From the NCBI RefSeq assembly GCF_001194135.2, contig NC_068996.1:39918837-39958393 (forward strand): a DNA stretch of 39,557 nucleotides, given 5' to 3'. Both the position numbers and the translations under genes were made by a program. The notes under the pieces are model-generated. The model saw nothing but the letters and a program-made list of their open reading frames with translations, did no database searches and had not been told where the DNA came from. Positions 1 through 9,859 of this stretch are shown here, piece by piece. Numbering within the stretch: position 1 is the first letter of the stretch; every line of letters begins with the position of its first letter. The DNA is from Octopus bimaculoides. Taxonomy: Eukaryota.

Positions 1-49
<49 letters not shown>

Positions 50-56
50 GTATATA
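1..56. repeat. (TA)n microsatellite
   Basis: Direct dinucleotide run; abuts the 3' side of a family-A SINE. Confidence 0.95.
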
Positions 57-221
57 TTCAATGGGCTTCTTTTAGTTTCCCTCTACCAAATCCACTCACA
101 AGGCTTTGGTTGACCTGAACTTGTAGTGGAAGACACTTGCCCCAGGTGCCACACAGGGGGATTGAACCTGGAACCATTTGGTTAGGAAGCAAACGTCTAA
201 CTGCATAGATACACCTGTACC
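57..221 (-). mobile_element. tRNA-derived SINE, local family A (5' half)
   Basis: Minus strand: degenerate A box, B box GGTTCAATCCC, GGCACCTGGGGCAAGTGTCTT, GTGAGTGGATTTGGTAGAGGGAAACT; matches more than 15 other copies in the window. Confidence 0.9.
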
Positions 222-427
222 TATGTTGACACCAATGTAAGGTCAAATAAATGAACTGAAGTTGCGGTTCATTTCTTTCAATTAATTTCTCTTAAAAAAA
301 AAAGCAGGACTTAACATTGAAAAAGATGTAACTTGAAACAAATTAAGTTGAGGTATGACCATATACCTTCTAAGTTGGAACAAGAAGCATAATCAGCAGC
401 CACCCTCACATGTATGAAGGTTAAAGA

Positions 428-903
428 GTAAAGCCCCCCTACGGTCATGAATGACCATAAGATTGTACCTAGAAAGTTCTCCCTCCAAAGTACAAGTCTG
501 GGCAAGGTTGTTTATGGAAGACCAGCAGTTGCCCATACATACCAGCCTCCCTTCTCCATGTCATTATATGTACATAGGGTAATGGGTAAAGACCCCCTAC
601 GGTCGTGAATGACCATGGATTGCACCTAGAGAGTTCCTCACTGAGGCACAAGTCCAGGCAAGGTTGTTTATGGAAGACCAGCAGGTGCCCGTGCATACCA
701 GCCTCCCCACTCCACACCACTGATGTTACCCAAAAGAAAGGCACCAGTGATGTCACAACTCATTTCTACAGCTGAATGAACTGGAGTAATGTGAAGTAAA
801 GTGTCTTGCTCAAGAACAAAACACACAGTCTGGTCCTGAAATTGAACCCGCTATCTCATGGTCCTGAGCCCTATGCTCTAACCACTGAGCTATGAGTCTT
901 CAT
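428..903 (-). mobile_element. tRNA-derived CORE-like SINE, local family B, with duplicated 3' tail
   Basis: Minus strand: A box TAGCTCAGTGG, B box GGTTCAATTTC, CORE-like CTTGAGCAAGACACTT...CAGTTCATTCAGCTGTAGAAATGAG; tail present twice (428-560, 586-716). Confidence 0.85.
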
Positions 904-1009
904 GAATGAAGAGAAATGTTTATATATGGTATATCTTTTGCAATTTCTAAGTTCATTCATCTGTCATTGGACTGTACTGGAATTTTCAGATATAATAAAC
1001 AGTGTATGT

Positions 1010-1399
1010 GCATGCGTGTGTGTGTGTGTATGCGTGCATGCATGCACACATACGCATATATAAAGACAGCAGGTGAGAGGTAGGTATGCTCAGTATAGAA
1101 AGCACATATCAGTGCTCAAATGAATTTGAACTCAAACTCCATTTGTGTGTGTTTGTGTGTGTGTGTGTGTGTTTAAGCAATTTGTGAATATTTGCCAGTC
1201 TTCAAGAAGTTCATCCACTGAACACACCCATTTCTCTCAGTATCTCTCTCTCAATCTCTCTCTCTCTCTCTCTTCCTCTCTTGCTCACACACACACACAA
1301 GTACACACACACACACACACACACATTTGCAAGTATATGAATTTATGTGTATATGTGTGTGTGTTGTTTCCATTTATGTATGTGTGTCTCTATGTGTGA

Positions 1400-1435
<36 letters not shown>

Positions 1436-2190
1436 ATACGTATGTGTAAGTGTGTATGTATATCTATGTATGTAGTGTATGTAAATTTTGTATTTATACA
1501 ATATATAAATATACTAATAACTTATCCTCTGAACACCTGCTCTTCCTCTCTCTCTCTCTCTCTCTCTCAGTTCCTCTCTCTACCTGTCTCCCTCTCTCTA
1601 CCTGTCTCCCTCTCTCTTCCTTCTTTTTCTCTCTCTCTCTCTCTCTGTCCCCCTTTCTGTCTCTTACACATTCACACATACACACACACAAATGCCCGCC
1701 CCCATGCATGTGATATAGTATGAGTGAGTGTGTGTGCATGTGTGTGAGCATGTGTGTATGTGTGTCTGTGCATGCATGCATGTGTGTGTGTGTGCATTTG
1801 TGTGAGCATGTGTGTATGTGTGTGTCTGTGCATGCGTGTATGTGTGTGTGTGTGTGTGTGTTTGTGGTTTCTATGCACATGTGCAGTTGTTATTTTGGTG
1901 TGTGCATGTGTGTGTATGTGTGTGTCTGTGCATGCATGTGTGTGTGTGTGCATGTGTGTGAGTATGTGTGTGTTTGTGGTCTCTATGCACATTTGTTATT
2001 TTGGTGTGTGCATGTGTGTATGTGTGTGTGTTACGTGTGCATGTGTGCACACCTGTGTGTGTGTATGTGTGTGTGTGTGTATGTGCGTGTGTGTGTGTGT
2101 TTGTTTGCTGTTTTTATGCACATGTGCTCTTGTTATTTCGGCATGCATGTGTGTGCATGTGTGTGTGTGAGTATGCATGCATGCACACTG
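1010..2190. repeat. Compound (TG)n/(CA)n/(CT)n/(TGCA)n microsatellite field
   Basis: Direct; source of the poly-CV and poly-HT ORFs in the track. Confidence 0.95.
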
Positions 2191-2257
2191 AGATCAAGTA
2201 GGATCAAAAGACCAAAGGCTGGCGCATAAATAACTAAATAAATAAACAAATAAATAA

Positions 2258-2375
2258 ATGAACCTCCATCGGTTGTCACTGATCGAGTACAGGAGAGTCC
2301 CCACCCAGACTCTCTCCGACTCTTTACGGGGAAGGAAGTCTGGGAATGATGATGACTCAACATTTTTAAGAATAG
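2258..2375 (+). CDS. Candidate coding exon (MNLHRLSLIEYRRVPTQTLSDSLRGRKSGNDDDSTFLRI, phase-1 donor); product unrecognised
   Basis: Non-repetitive GC-richer island; ATG at 2258 in A-rich context; open frame up to the donor ATAG|GTAATG at 2375/2376; no homology recognised. Confidence 0.25.
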
Positions 2376-2586
2376 GTAATGTACACACACACCCACACAC
2401 CCATGGACACACACACACGCAAACAGAGCAGCCAGTATGCATGCAGCAATCCGATTATGTTCAAGGCTACACACAATGCACTTTCTATGGCCTTTATTAC
2501 ATATGTCTTTGCTGTTCTCACAATAAGCACAAATGTCACCATATTCTGGTCAGAAGGATTCTATCTAGTTAAACGACCTGCTGGAA

Positions 2587-2714
2587 ACAACTGTCAAATC
2601 ACACAACTGTCAATTCACACAACTGTCAATTCACACAACAGTCAATTCACACAACAGTCAATTCACACAACTGTCAAATCATACAACAGTCAAATCACAC
2701 AACTGTCAAATCAC
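2587..2714. repeat. 16-bp minisatellite ACAAC(T/A)GTCAA(T/A)TCAC x8
   Basis: Eight contiguous units counted. Confidence 0.95.
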
Positions 2715-3093
2715 ACACACACACATACACACACTCATAAATTAACAAAATGTGGTCTTTTATCACTTTTCATCAGACAACTTCTTCTTTTCCAGTTTGC
2801 TTAGGAAACATCATTGTCCACAGAATCATAGGAATATGTCGGTTTCTCTACTGTTACAAGAATAAGTAATCTCCATAAGAAATGAAATTATAAATGCCAT
2901 ATCATCATCATCATCATCATCATTTTAACATCTCCTTCTGGGATGCAAGCTTAGATTAAGCAAAATATACTGAAGCATACACACACACACATTAATGTTT
3001 GTTTCTATGTTGTTATAATAAAAACAATTTCACATTAATCTGATGGGCTTACTGTGTACTTTCATAGCATGCAAATTTAGTATTCTTATTATG

Positions 3094-3182
3094 TTGTTGA
3101 CAGTGGCTCTGAAGTTTTGGCCAGCTAAGCCATCATCTGACAATGGCTTAGCTGGTGGAAACTTTGAAGTCACTGTCAACAA
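3094..3182 (+). ncRNA. Long hairpin; candidate pre-miRNA or palindromic MITE remnant
   Basis: Arms 3094-3133 and 3143-3182: 33 Watson-Crick pairs, 5 G.U, 2 mismatches, 9-nt loop. Confidence 0.5.
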
Positions 3183-4499
3183 TACACACACACACACAAA
3201 TAGATATTGCCATGGTTGCAAAAGCAACGAAAATTTTGGAAGAAAAAATATATATAGATAATAAATGAAGGGAAATTGAACTGGTGAGTGTGTTAGACAA
3301 AAAGGCATTAAGACAATATGACTCTCTCCAAACACAGCAAATATATNNNNNNNNNNNNNNNNNNNNNNNNNNNNNNNNNNNNNNNNNNNNNNNNNNNNNN
3401 NNNNNNNNNNNNNNNNNNNNNNNNNNNNNNNNNNNNNNNNNNNNNNNNNNNNNNNNNNNNNNNNNNNNNNNNNNNNNNNNNNNNNNNNNNNNNNNNNNNN
3501 NNNNNNNNNNNNNNNNNNNNNNNNNNNNNNNNNNNNNNNNNNNNNNNNNNNNNNNNNNNNNNNNNNNNNNNNNNNNNNNNNNNNNNNNNNNNNNNNNNNN
3601 NNNNNNNNNNNNNNNNNNNNNNNNNNNNNNNNNNNNNNNNNNNNNNNNNNNNNNNNNNNNNNNNNNNNNNNNNNNNNNNNNNNNNNNNNNNNNNNNNNNN
3701 NNNNNNNNNNNNNNNNNNNNNNNNNNNNNNNNNNNNNNNNNNNNNNNNNNNNNNNNNNNNNNNNNNNNNNNNNNNNNNNNNNNNNNNNNNNNNNNNNNNN
3801 NNNNNNNNNNNNNNNNNNNNNNNNNNNNNNNNNNNNNNNNNNNNNNNNNNNNNNNNNNNNNNNNNNNNNNNNNNNNNNNNNNNNNNNNNNNNNNNNNNNN
3901 NNNNNNNNNNNNNNNNNNNNNNNNNNNNNNNNNNNNNNNNNNNNNNNNNNNNNNNNNNNNNNNNNNNNNNNNNNNNNNNNNNNNNNNNNNNNNNNNNNNN
4001 NNNNNNNNNNNNNNNNNNNNNNNNNNNNNNNNNNNNNNNNNNNNNNNNNNNNNNNNNNNNNNNNNNNNNNNNNNNNNNNNNNNNNNNNNNNNNNNNNNNN
4101 NNNNNNNNNNNNNNNNNNNNNNNNNNNNNNNNNNNNNNNNNNNNNNNNNNNNNNNNNNNNNNNNNNNNNNNNNNNNNNNNNNNNNNNNNNNNNNNNNNNN
4201 NNNNNNNNNNNNNNNNNNNNNNNNNNNNNNNNNNNNNNNNNNNNNNNNNNNNNNNNNNNNNNNNNNNNNNNNATATATATATATATATATATATAATCCA
4301 AGAGAGTTAGGGGTTGAGGATCCAACCCACTAAGGGATAATATCTATCCAATATACTGCTGGGAGGGTACCCAATTATTGTGCATGTGCAGCCAGCCATC
4401 TGTGTATGTGCATCTGGGCACACATGAACTCATCTATCTATGCTTTTGTATCCATATAAATCTGCGTATGGTTATGTATACATGCATAGGCATGTATAA

Positions 4500-4935
4500 C
4501 TATTTATATGGTTTTATATACTTTTTGTAGGCTTTTTTATGTGCCTTATATTTTTATATTTTCATTTTTTATTTTTACTTTATTCTTACTTTTTATTTGT
4601 ATTGAATTTTGTAAATCTCTGAAGAGGCCTAGCGAATCATGCTTGAAACCCCATTACATCATTTTCATCTACTAATTACTCTGGCATATGGGAGCTATAG
4701 AGATAGAATGGGGCATGCCAACGCTAGGCCGAAACAGCTGTAAGTTTTTGTCCCTTCTCCAGTTGCTAAATGTCCTTTAAATTTGAAATCTTAATTGTTG
4801 ATATGACATGGTATGTCATAAGTGTCTGTATATTGTTTTATTTGTCAATTTAGTTATAAAATAAACAGATTAATCAACGGAACACAGTGTCTGCAAGTTG
4901 ATGGGTACTGCATATTCTCCTCCATTTTCTCATTG
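4500..4935 (+). mobile_element. Probable Penelope-like element pseudo-LTR/3' remnant
   Basis: T-rich tract, minimal-helix-III hammerhead, AATAAA near 4860, then (TA)n; no ORF seen; boundaries approximate. Confidence 0.45.
4613..4748 (+). ncRNA. Type I hammerhead ribozyme (Penelope-like-element type) with extended helix II
   Basis: CTGAAGA 4619-4625; helix II GGCCTAGCG 4626-4634 pairs with CGCTAGGCC 4722-4730; GAAA 4731-4734; helix III AC-AGCT-GT; GTA cleavage triplet 4740-4742; helix I AAATCT/AGTTTT. Confidence 0.8.
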
Positions 4936-4982
<47 letters not shown>

Positions 4983-5373
4983 NNNNNNNNNNNNNNNNNN
5001 NNNNNNNNNNNNNNNNNNNNNNNNNNNNNNNNNNNNNNNNNNNNNNNNNNNNNNNNNNNNNNNNNNNNNNNNNNNNNNNNNNNNNNNNNNNNNNNNNNNN
5101 NNNNNNNNNNNNNNNNNNNNNNNNNNNNNNNNNNNNNNNNNNNNNNNNNNNNNNNNNNNNNNNNNNNNNNNNNNNNNNNNNNNNNNNNNNNNNNNNNNNN
5201 NNNNNNNNNNNNNNNNNNNNNNNNNNNNNNNNNNNNNNNNNNNNNNNNNNNNNNNNNNNNNNNNNNNNNNNNNNNNNNNNNNNNNNNNNNNNNNNNNNNN
5301 NNNNNNNNNNNNNNNNNNNNNNNNNNNNNNNNNNNNNNNNNNNNNNNNNNNNNNNNNNNNNNNNNNNNNNNNN

Positions 5374-5381
5374 ATATATAT

Positions 5382-5423
<42 letters not shown>
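5374..5423. repeat. (TA)n/(TAGA)n microsatellite
   Basis: Direct. Confidence 0.9.
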
Positions 5424-5424
<1 letters not shown>

Positions 5425-6283
5425 CACACACACACATACGTATTCAATCCGATATAAACCATAAATCTGACCTAGGGTTGGTTCCAAATGCGTGGTTTAT
5501 TCCAAATGTGAGTCCATAACATAAGTTATTAGAAAACATTACATAAAATTCATAGTACTATATAACCATTCCATTTCTTCAGGTGATATTCTGCCACACA
5601 TTTTAGTGAAAGTACAATAAATCTTTGAGGTGGAGAACATTCATAGCAAATCAGAATGAAACAAGAAAATTCAACATAGGGTGGAGGCATTAAATTTGGC
5701 AACCAATCAAACAACTCCATTCCTAAGGCATCGAATTTAATGTATGCTTATCTTAAAGGGGAGTGGTCAAACAGTCATTTTCTATTCATACATTGGAATT
5801 CATATGTGAGAGAAATTTTGATAGGCATTCAATGCGAGACATCTGACCATTTAACTTAACTAGAGTTTTGAAATCTGGCGCCAGGAAGCAGGATAAAAGA
5901 TAAGAAACGTTGTATGCAAACAAAACCTTATATATATATATATATACTTAAATACACACACAAACACACACACGCTAAGTAATATCTACTTACTAAGAAG
6001 TGTATGAGATAAGATTAAGAATATAGGAATAAAATAATAATGAAATGCATGAAGCGTACAGGAAATGGTAATTATGGTGGAGCTTTGATGGAGAATAGAT
6101 TTGGAATTGAAGTAAAATAAAGTGAATAGTTAAATCTAGAATAATTAAGAAACCCTAAAAATTATTTAGCTGAGTGAACAAATGAGGGCTCCCTCGTTAC
6201 CTTATTTCACTTCCCCTTGCTCAGTCAAACAAGTGCAAAATTAACTGCTCTGGCTACATCTATACTGTTGATATATATATATG

Positions 6284-6316
<33 letters not shown>

Positions 6317-6334
6317 GTATGTATATATATATAT

Positions 6335-6496
6335 ACTTTATTTAAAAGTAGCAGAAATATAACAAAAGCTGTTACTCAGAGTTTCATGTTCCCATTCATC
6401 GGACAGAGGTAGAATAATATGCTTTTAAATAAAGCATATTACTCTACCTCTGGTATTTGAATACTCTTTTTCCCACCTTGTTTCACAATTATGTGC
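6335..6496. mobile_element. Penelope-like element pseudo-LTR pieces in inverted/permuted arrangement, running into a gap
   Basis: Hammerhead on the minus strand; CTTTTAAATAAAG present in both orientations; 22-bp inverted repeat 6404-6425/6431-6452. Confidence 0.6.
6369..6406 (-). ncRNA. Minimal type I hammerhead ribozyme, U4C core variant
   Basis: Minus strand reads CTGT CCGATGA ATG-GGAA-CAT GAAA CTC-T-GAG TA ACAG; all three helices pair. Confidence 0.65.
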
Positions 6497-6865
6497 NNNN
6501 NNNNNNNNNNNNNNNNNNNNNNNNNNNNNNNNNNNNNNNNNNNNNNNNNNNNNNNNNNNNNNNNNNNNNNNNNNNNNNNNNNNNNNNNNNNNNNNNNNNN
6601 NNNNNNNNNNNNNNNNNNNNNNNNNNNNNNNNNNNNNNNNNNNNNNNNNNNNNNNNNNNNNNNNNNNNNNNNNNNNNNNNNNNNNNNNNNNNNNNNNNNN
6701 NNNNNNNNNNNNNNNNNNNNNNNNNNNNNNNNNNNNNNNNNNNNNNNNNNNNNNNNNNNNNNNNNNNNNNNNNNNNNNNNNNNNNNNNNNNNNNNNNNNN
6801 NNNNNNNNNNNNNNNNNNNNNNNNNNNNNNNNNNNNNNNNNNNNNNNNNNNNNNNNNNNNNNNNN

Positions 6866-6898
<33 letters not shown>

Positions 6899-6900
6899 TA

Positions 6901-7058
6901 CAACGGGCTTCTTCCAGTTTCTGTCTACCAAATTCACTCACAAGGCTTTGGTTGGCCTGAGGCTATAGTAGAAGACACTTGCCCCAGGTGCCACGCAGTA
7001 GGACTGAACCCGGAGCCATGTAGTTTGTAAGCAAACTACTTATTACACAGCCACTCCT
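6901..7058 (-). mobile_element. SINE family A
   Basis: A box TGGCTGTGTAA-like, B box GGTTCAGTCC; matches other A copies. Confidence 0.9.
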
Positions 7059-7229
7059 ATATATATATATATATATACATACATATCTAACAGTCCATGC
7101 CTTCAATCACACAAAAAATAATGTAATGCAAAGTCAAGAGTGTAGATTAGTGATAACATGATTAAGAGTTAAAATCTTGATAAGAGAAACAGACAGAGAC
7201 TGCGACAAAGAGAGAGGTATAAGCATGAG

Positions 7230-7385
7230 TAGCATGTTATATATCGTTTAATCTTTCATGACACTGACCCACACATGACCATCCCTGCTTCTATGATACA
7301 AGCTTCCTGTTTTATGGGGGTCTAAATTAAAATGGATCAAAATTCTAGGTTAATTAAGTTCCAAATACGAAGTTGTGTTACTAAT
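7230..7385. mobile_element. Degraded piggyBac-like MITE fragment
   Basis: TTCTATGATACAAGCTTCCTGTTTT...TCTAAATTAAAA matches 18370-18412 and 17879-17915. Confidence 0.45.
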
Positions 7386-7510
7386 TTTTTTTTCCCCAGG
7401 TATGGTTTGAGGGAGTTTTAGCAGCTATTTCTAACAAGCCCAACTATTAGGTAAGGTCTTGTATTTCAGCTGTGATCATCCTCTCCTTATTCTGACTCTA
7501 TTTTTTTGTC

Positions 7511-7920
7511 TTTTATCTTTTATTTGTTTCAATCATTAGACTGCGGCCATGCTGGGGCACCACCTTGAAGAATTTTTAATGGAATAAATCAACCCCAGTA
7601 TTTATATTTCGTTTAAGCCTGATACTTATTCGATTAGTCCCTTTTGCCAAACTGCTAAGTTATGGGAATGCAAACACACCAACACTGGTTGCCAAGCGGT
7701 GGTGGGGGACAACACAGACACACAGACACACACATACACATATATATATGTATACATATACACAATGGGTTTCTTTCAGTTTCTGTCTACCAAATCCATT
7801 CACAAGGCTTTAGTTGGTCAAGGGGTGTAGTAGAAGACACTTGCCCAAGGTGCCATGCAGTGGGACCGAACCCAGAGTGATGTGGTTTGGAAACTAGCTT
7901 CTTACCACACAGCCACACCT
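7511..7920 (-). mobile_element. Composite SINE A + internal microsatellite + D
   Basis: A half 7760-7920, (CA/TA)n, D half 7511-7715. Confidence 0.9.
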
Positions 7921-7950
7921 ATATATACATATATATATACATACATATAC

Positions 7951-8110
7951 AACAGGCTTCTTTCAGTTTCCGTCTACCAAATCCACTCACAAGGCTTTGG
8001 CCAGCCCAAGACTACAGTAGAAGACACTTGCTTGATGTGCAACACAGTGGGACTGAACCAAGAACCATGTGATTGGGAAGCAAGCTTCTTATCACACACC
8101 CACGCCTGCA
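7951..8110 (-). mobile_element. SINE family A, tandem with the previous copy
   Basis: In-window similarity to other A copies. Confidence 0.9.
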
Positions 8111-8162
8111 CCTATCTATAATTATATTTTCCACAGCGTCCTTCATTTTCTTTTTTTGTTTT

Positions 8163-8222
8163 TGACGATAGTAGGGTATATATGTGTGATTTCAGAGGTA
8201 TTTGACTGCTATTTCTAGAATG
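8163..8222. repeat. Fragment of an unclassified interspersed repeat (local family H)
   Basis: GTGATTTCAGAGGTATTTGACTGCTATTTCTAGAA matches the reverse complement of 29727-29770; weaker piece at 7400-7440. Confidence 0.6.
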
Positions 8223-8381
8223 TCCCATGAGCATGATGAGTTTCTCTTAGGAGCTGGTAAAACTTAATACACAATCACATATCTGGATGAGGTTTCAATG
8301 AGTGATTTGTTTTTGGACCAAATCCAAACCATCATTTACTTCTACACTGGATTAATTTCATTTTGTTAACATTATAGGTAC

Positions 8382-8577
8382 AGGAGTGGCTGCGTGGTAA
8401 GTAGCTTGCTTACCAACCACATGATTCCAGGTTCAGTCCCTCTGCGTGGCACCTTGGGCAAGTGTCTTCTACTATAGCCTCAGGCCAACCAAAGCCTTGT
8501 GAGTGGATTTGGTAGACGGAAACTGAAAGAAGCCTGTCGTATATATATGTATATCTATATATATATATATGTATATG

Positions 8578-8626
<49 letters not shown>

Positions 8627-8841
8627 ATGTGTGTATGTGTGTGTTTGCATGTCTGTGTTTGTCCCCCCAACCGATGCTGGTGTGTTTACATCCCCGTAAC
8701 TTAGCGGTTCAGCAAATGAAACCGATAGAATAAGTACTAGGTTTACATAGAATAAGTTCTGGGGTCGATTTGTTCGACTAAAGGCGGTGCTCCAACATGG
8801 CCGCAGTCAAATGACTGAAACAAGTAAAAGAGTAAGAGAGT
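8382..8841 (+). mobile_element. Full-length composite SINE A-(TA)n(GT)n-D
   Basis: A box TGGCTGCGTGG, B box GGTTCAGTCCC, CCTTGGGCAAGT, internal microsatellite about 8540-8645, D half ending AAACAAGTAAAAGAGTAAGAG. Confidence 0.93.
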
Positions 8842-9368
8842 ATTATTGTTGTAGTTCAGTTCCAACCATGCCCATCCCAGTTATTGCATATCAGAGATTT
8901 ATATTTCTAGTATTTCAGGATTATATATATCGAAAGGCATAGGAGGGGTAAGAATGTTAATCCTTTCTCCAGATCAAATCATAACCAAGAAAAAAAAGGA
9001 GGGGGCGGGGGAGAAAGAGGAATGTTCAACGAATTCTTCTATTCTGTAAGATGGTAGTACTTGATCTGAGAGGAATTCAACTATTGTTTTTGTTGTGTCC
9101 AGTATGCAACCTTGCAGTGGTTTTCCTAGATAGATCGCTGTCTACAATATCAGAAGCTCTTAGAGAAAACAAATATTTACATACATTTTCTTTATACACC
9201 CTTATTGACCAGATCATAGATAATATAATGAGAGTGACAGATATACATACACACATGCACTCAGACATGCACCACATATCATCATCATCATCATCACCTT
9301 CTTTCTTCTCCTCCTCCTCTTTATCATCATCAACTTCACCGTTATTATTATTATTATTGTCATTATTA

Positions 9369-9564
9369 GAGTGGTGAGCTAGCAGAATCGTTAGCATACC
9401 AGGTGAATGCTAAGGAGTAATTTGCTTGCCGCTACGTTCTGAGTTCAAATTCCACCGAGGTTCACTTTGCCTTTCATCTTGTCAGGGTTGTTAAAATGAG
9501 TACCAGTGAAACACTGGGGCCCGCTTCCCCCGAAATTGCTGGCCATGTGCCAAAATTTGAAACC
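9369..9564 (+). mobile_element. tRNA-derived SINE, local family C (GTGCCAAAATTTGAAACC tail)
   Basis: TAGCAGAATCG A box, GAGTTCAAATTCC B box, (ATT)n tail. Confidence 0.9.
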
Positions 9565-9615
9565 ATTATTATCATTATTATTATTATTTTTATTATTATC
9601 GTCATCATTATTATT

Positions 9616-9804
9616 AAGCTGGGCAAAATGCTTAGTGGCATTTTGTCTGTCTTTACATTCTGAGTTCAAATTCCATTGAGGTCGACTTTGCTTTTTATCC
9701 TTTCGGGGTAAATAAATGAAGCACCAGTTGCATACTGGGGTCGATCTAATCGATTATTCCCCCTCCCCCAATTTTCAAGCCTTGAGCCTAGAGTAGAAAG
9801 GATG

Positions 9805-9857
<53 letters not shown>
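9616..9857 (+). mobile_element. SINE family C with long (ATT)n tail
   Basis: 5'-truncated; matches other C copies. Confidence 0.9.

Positions 9858-9859
<2 letters not shown>

Noticed and set aside
5583-5860. Acceptor TTTCTTCAG at 5583 followed by unique sequence
   Set aside because: All frames close within about 15 codons of the acceptor, and a later 67-codon frame has no recognisable features
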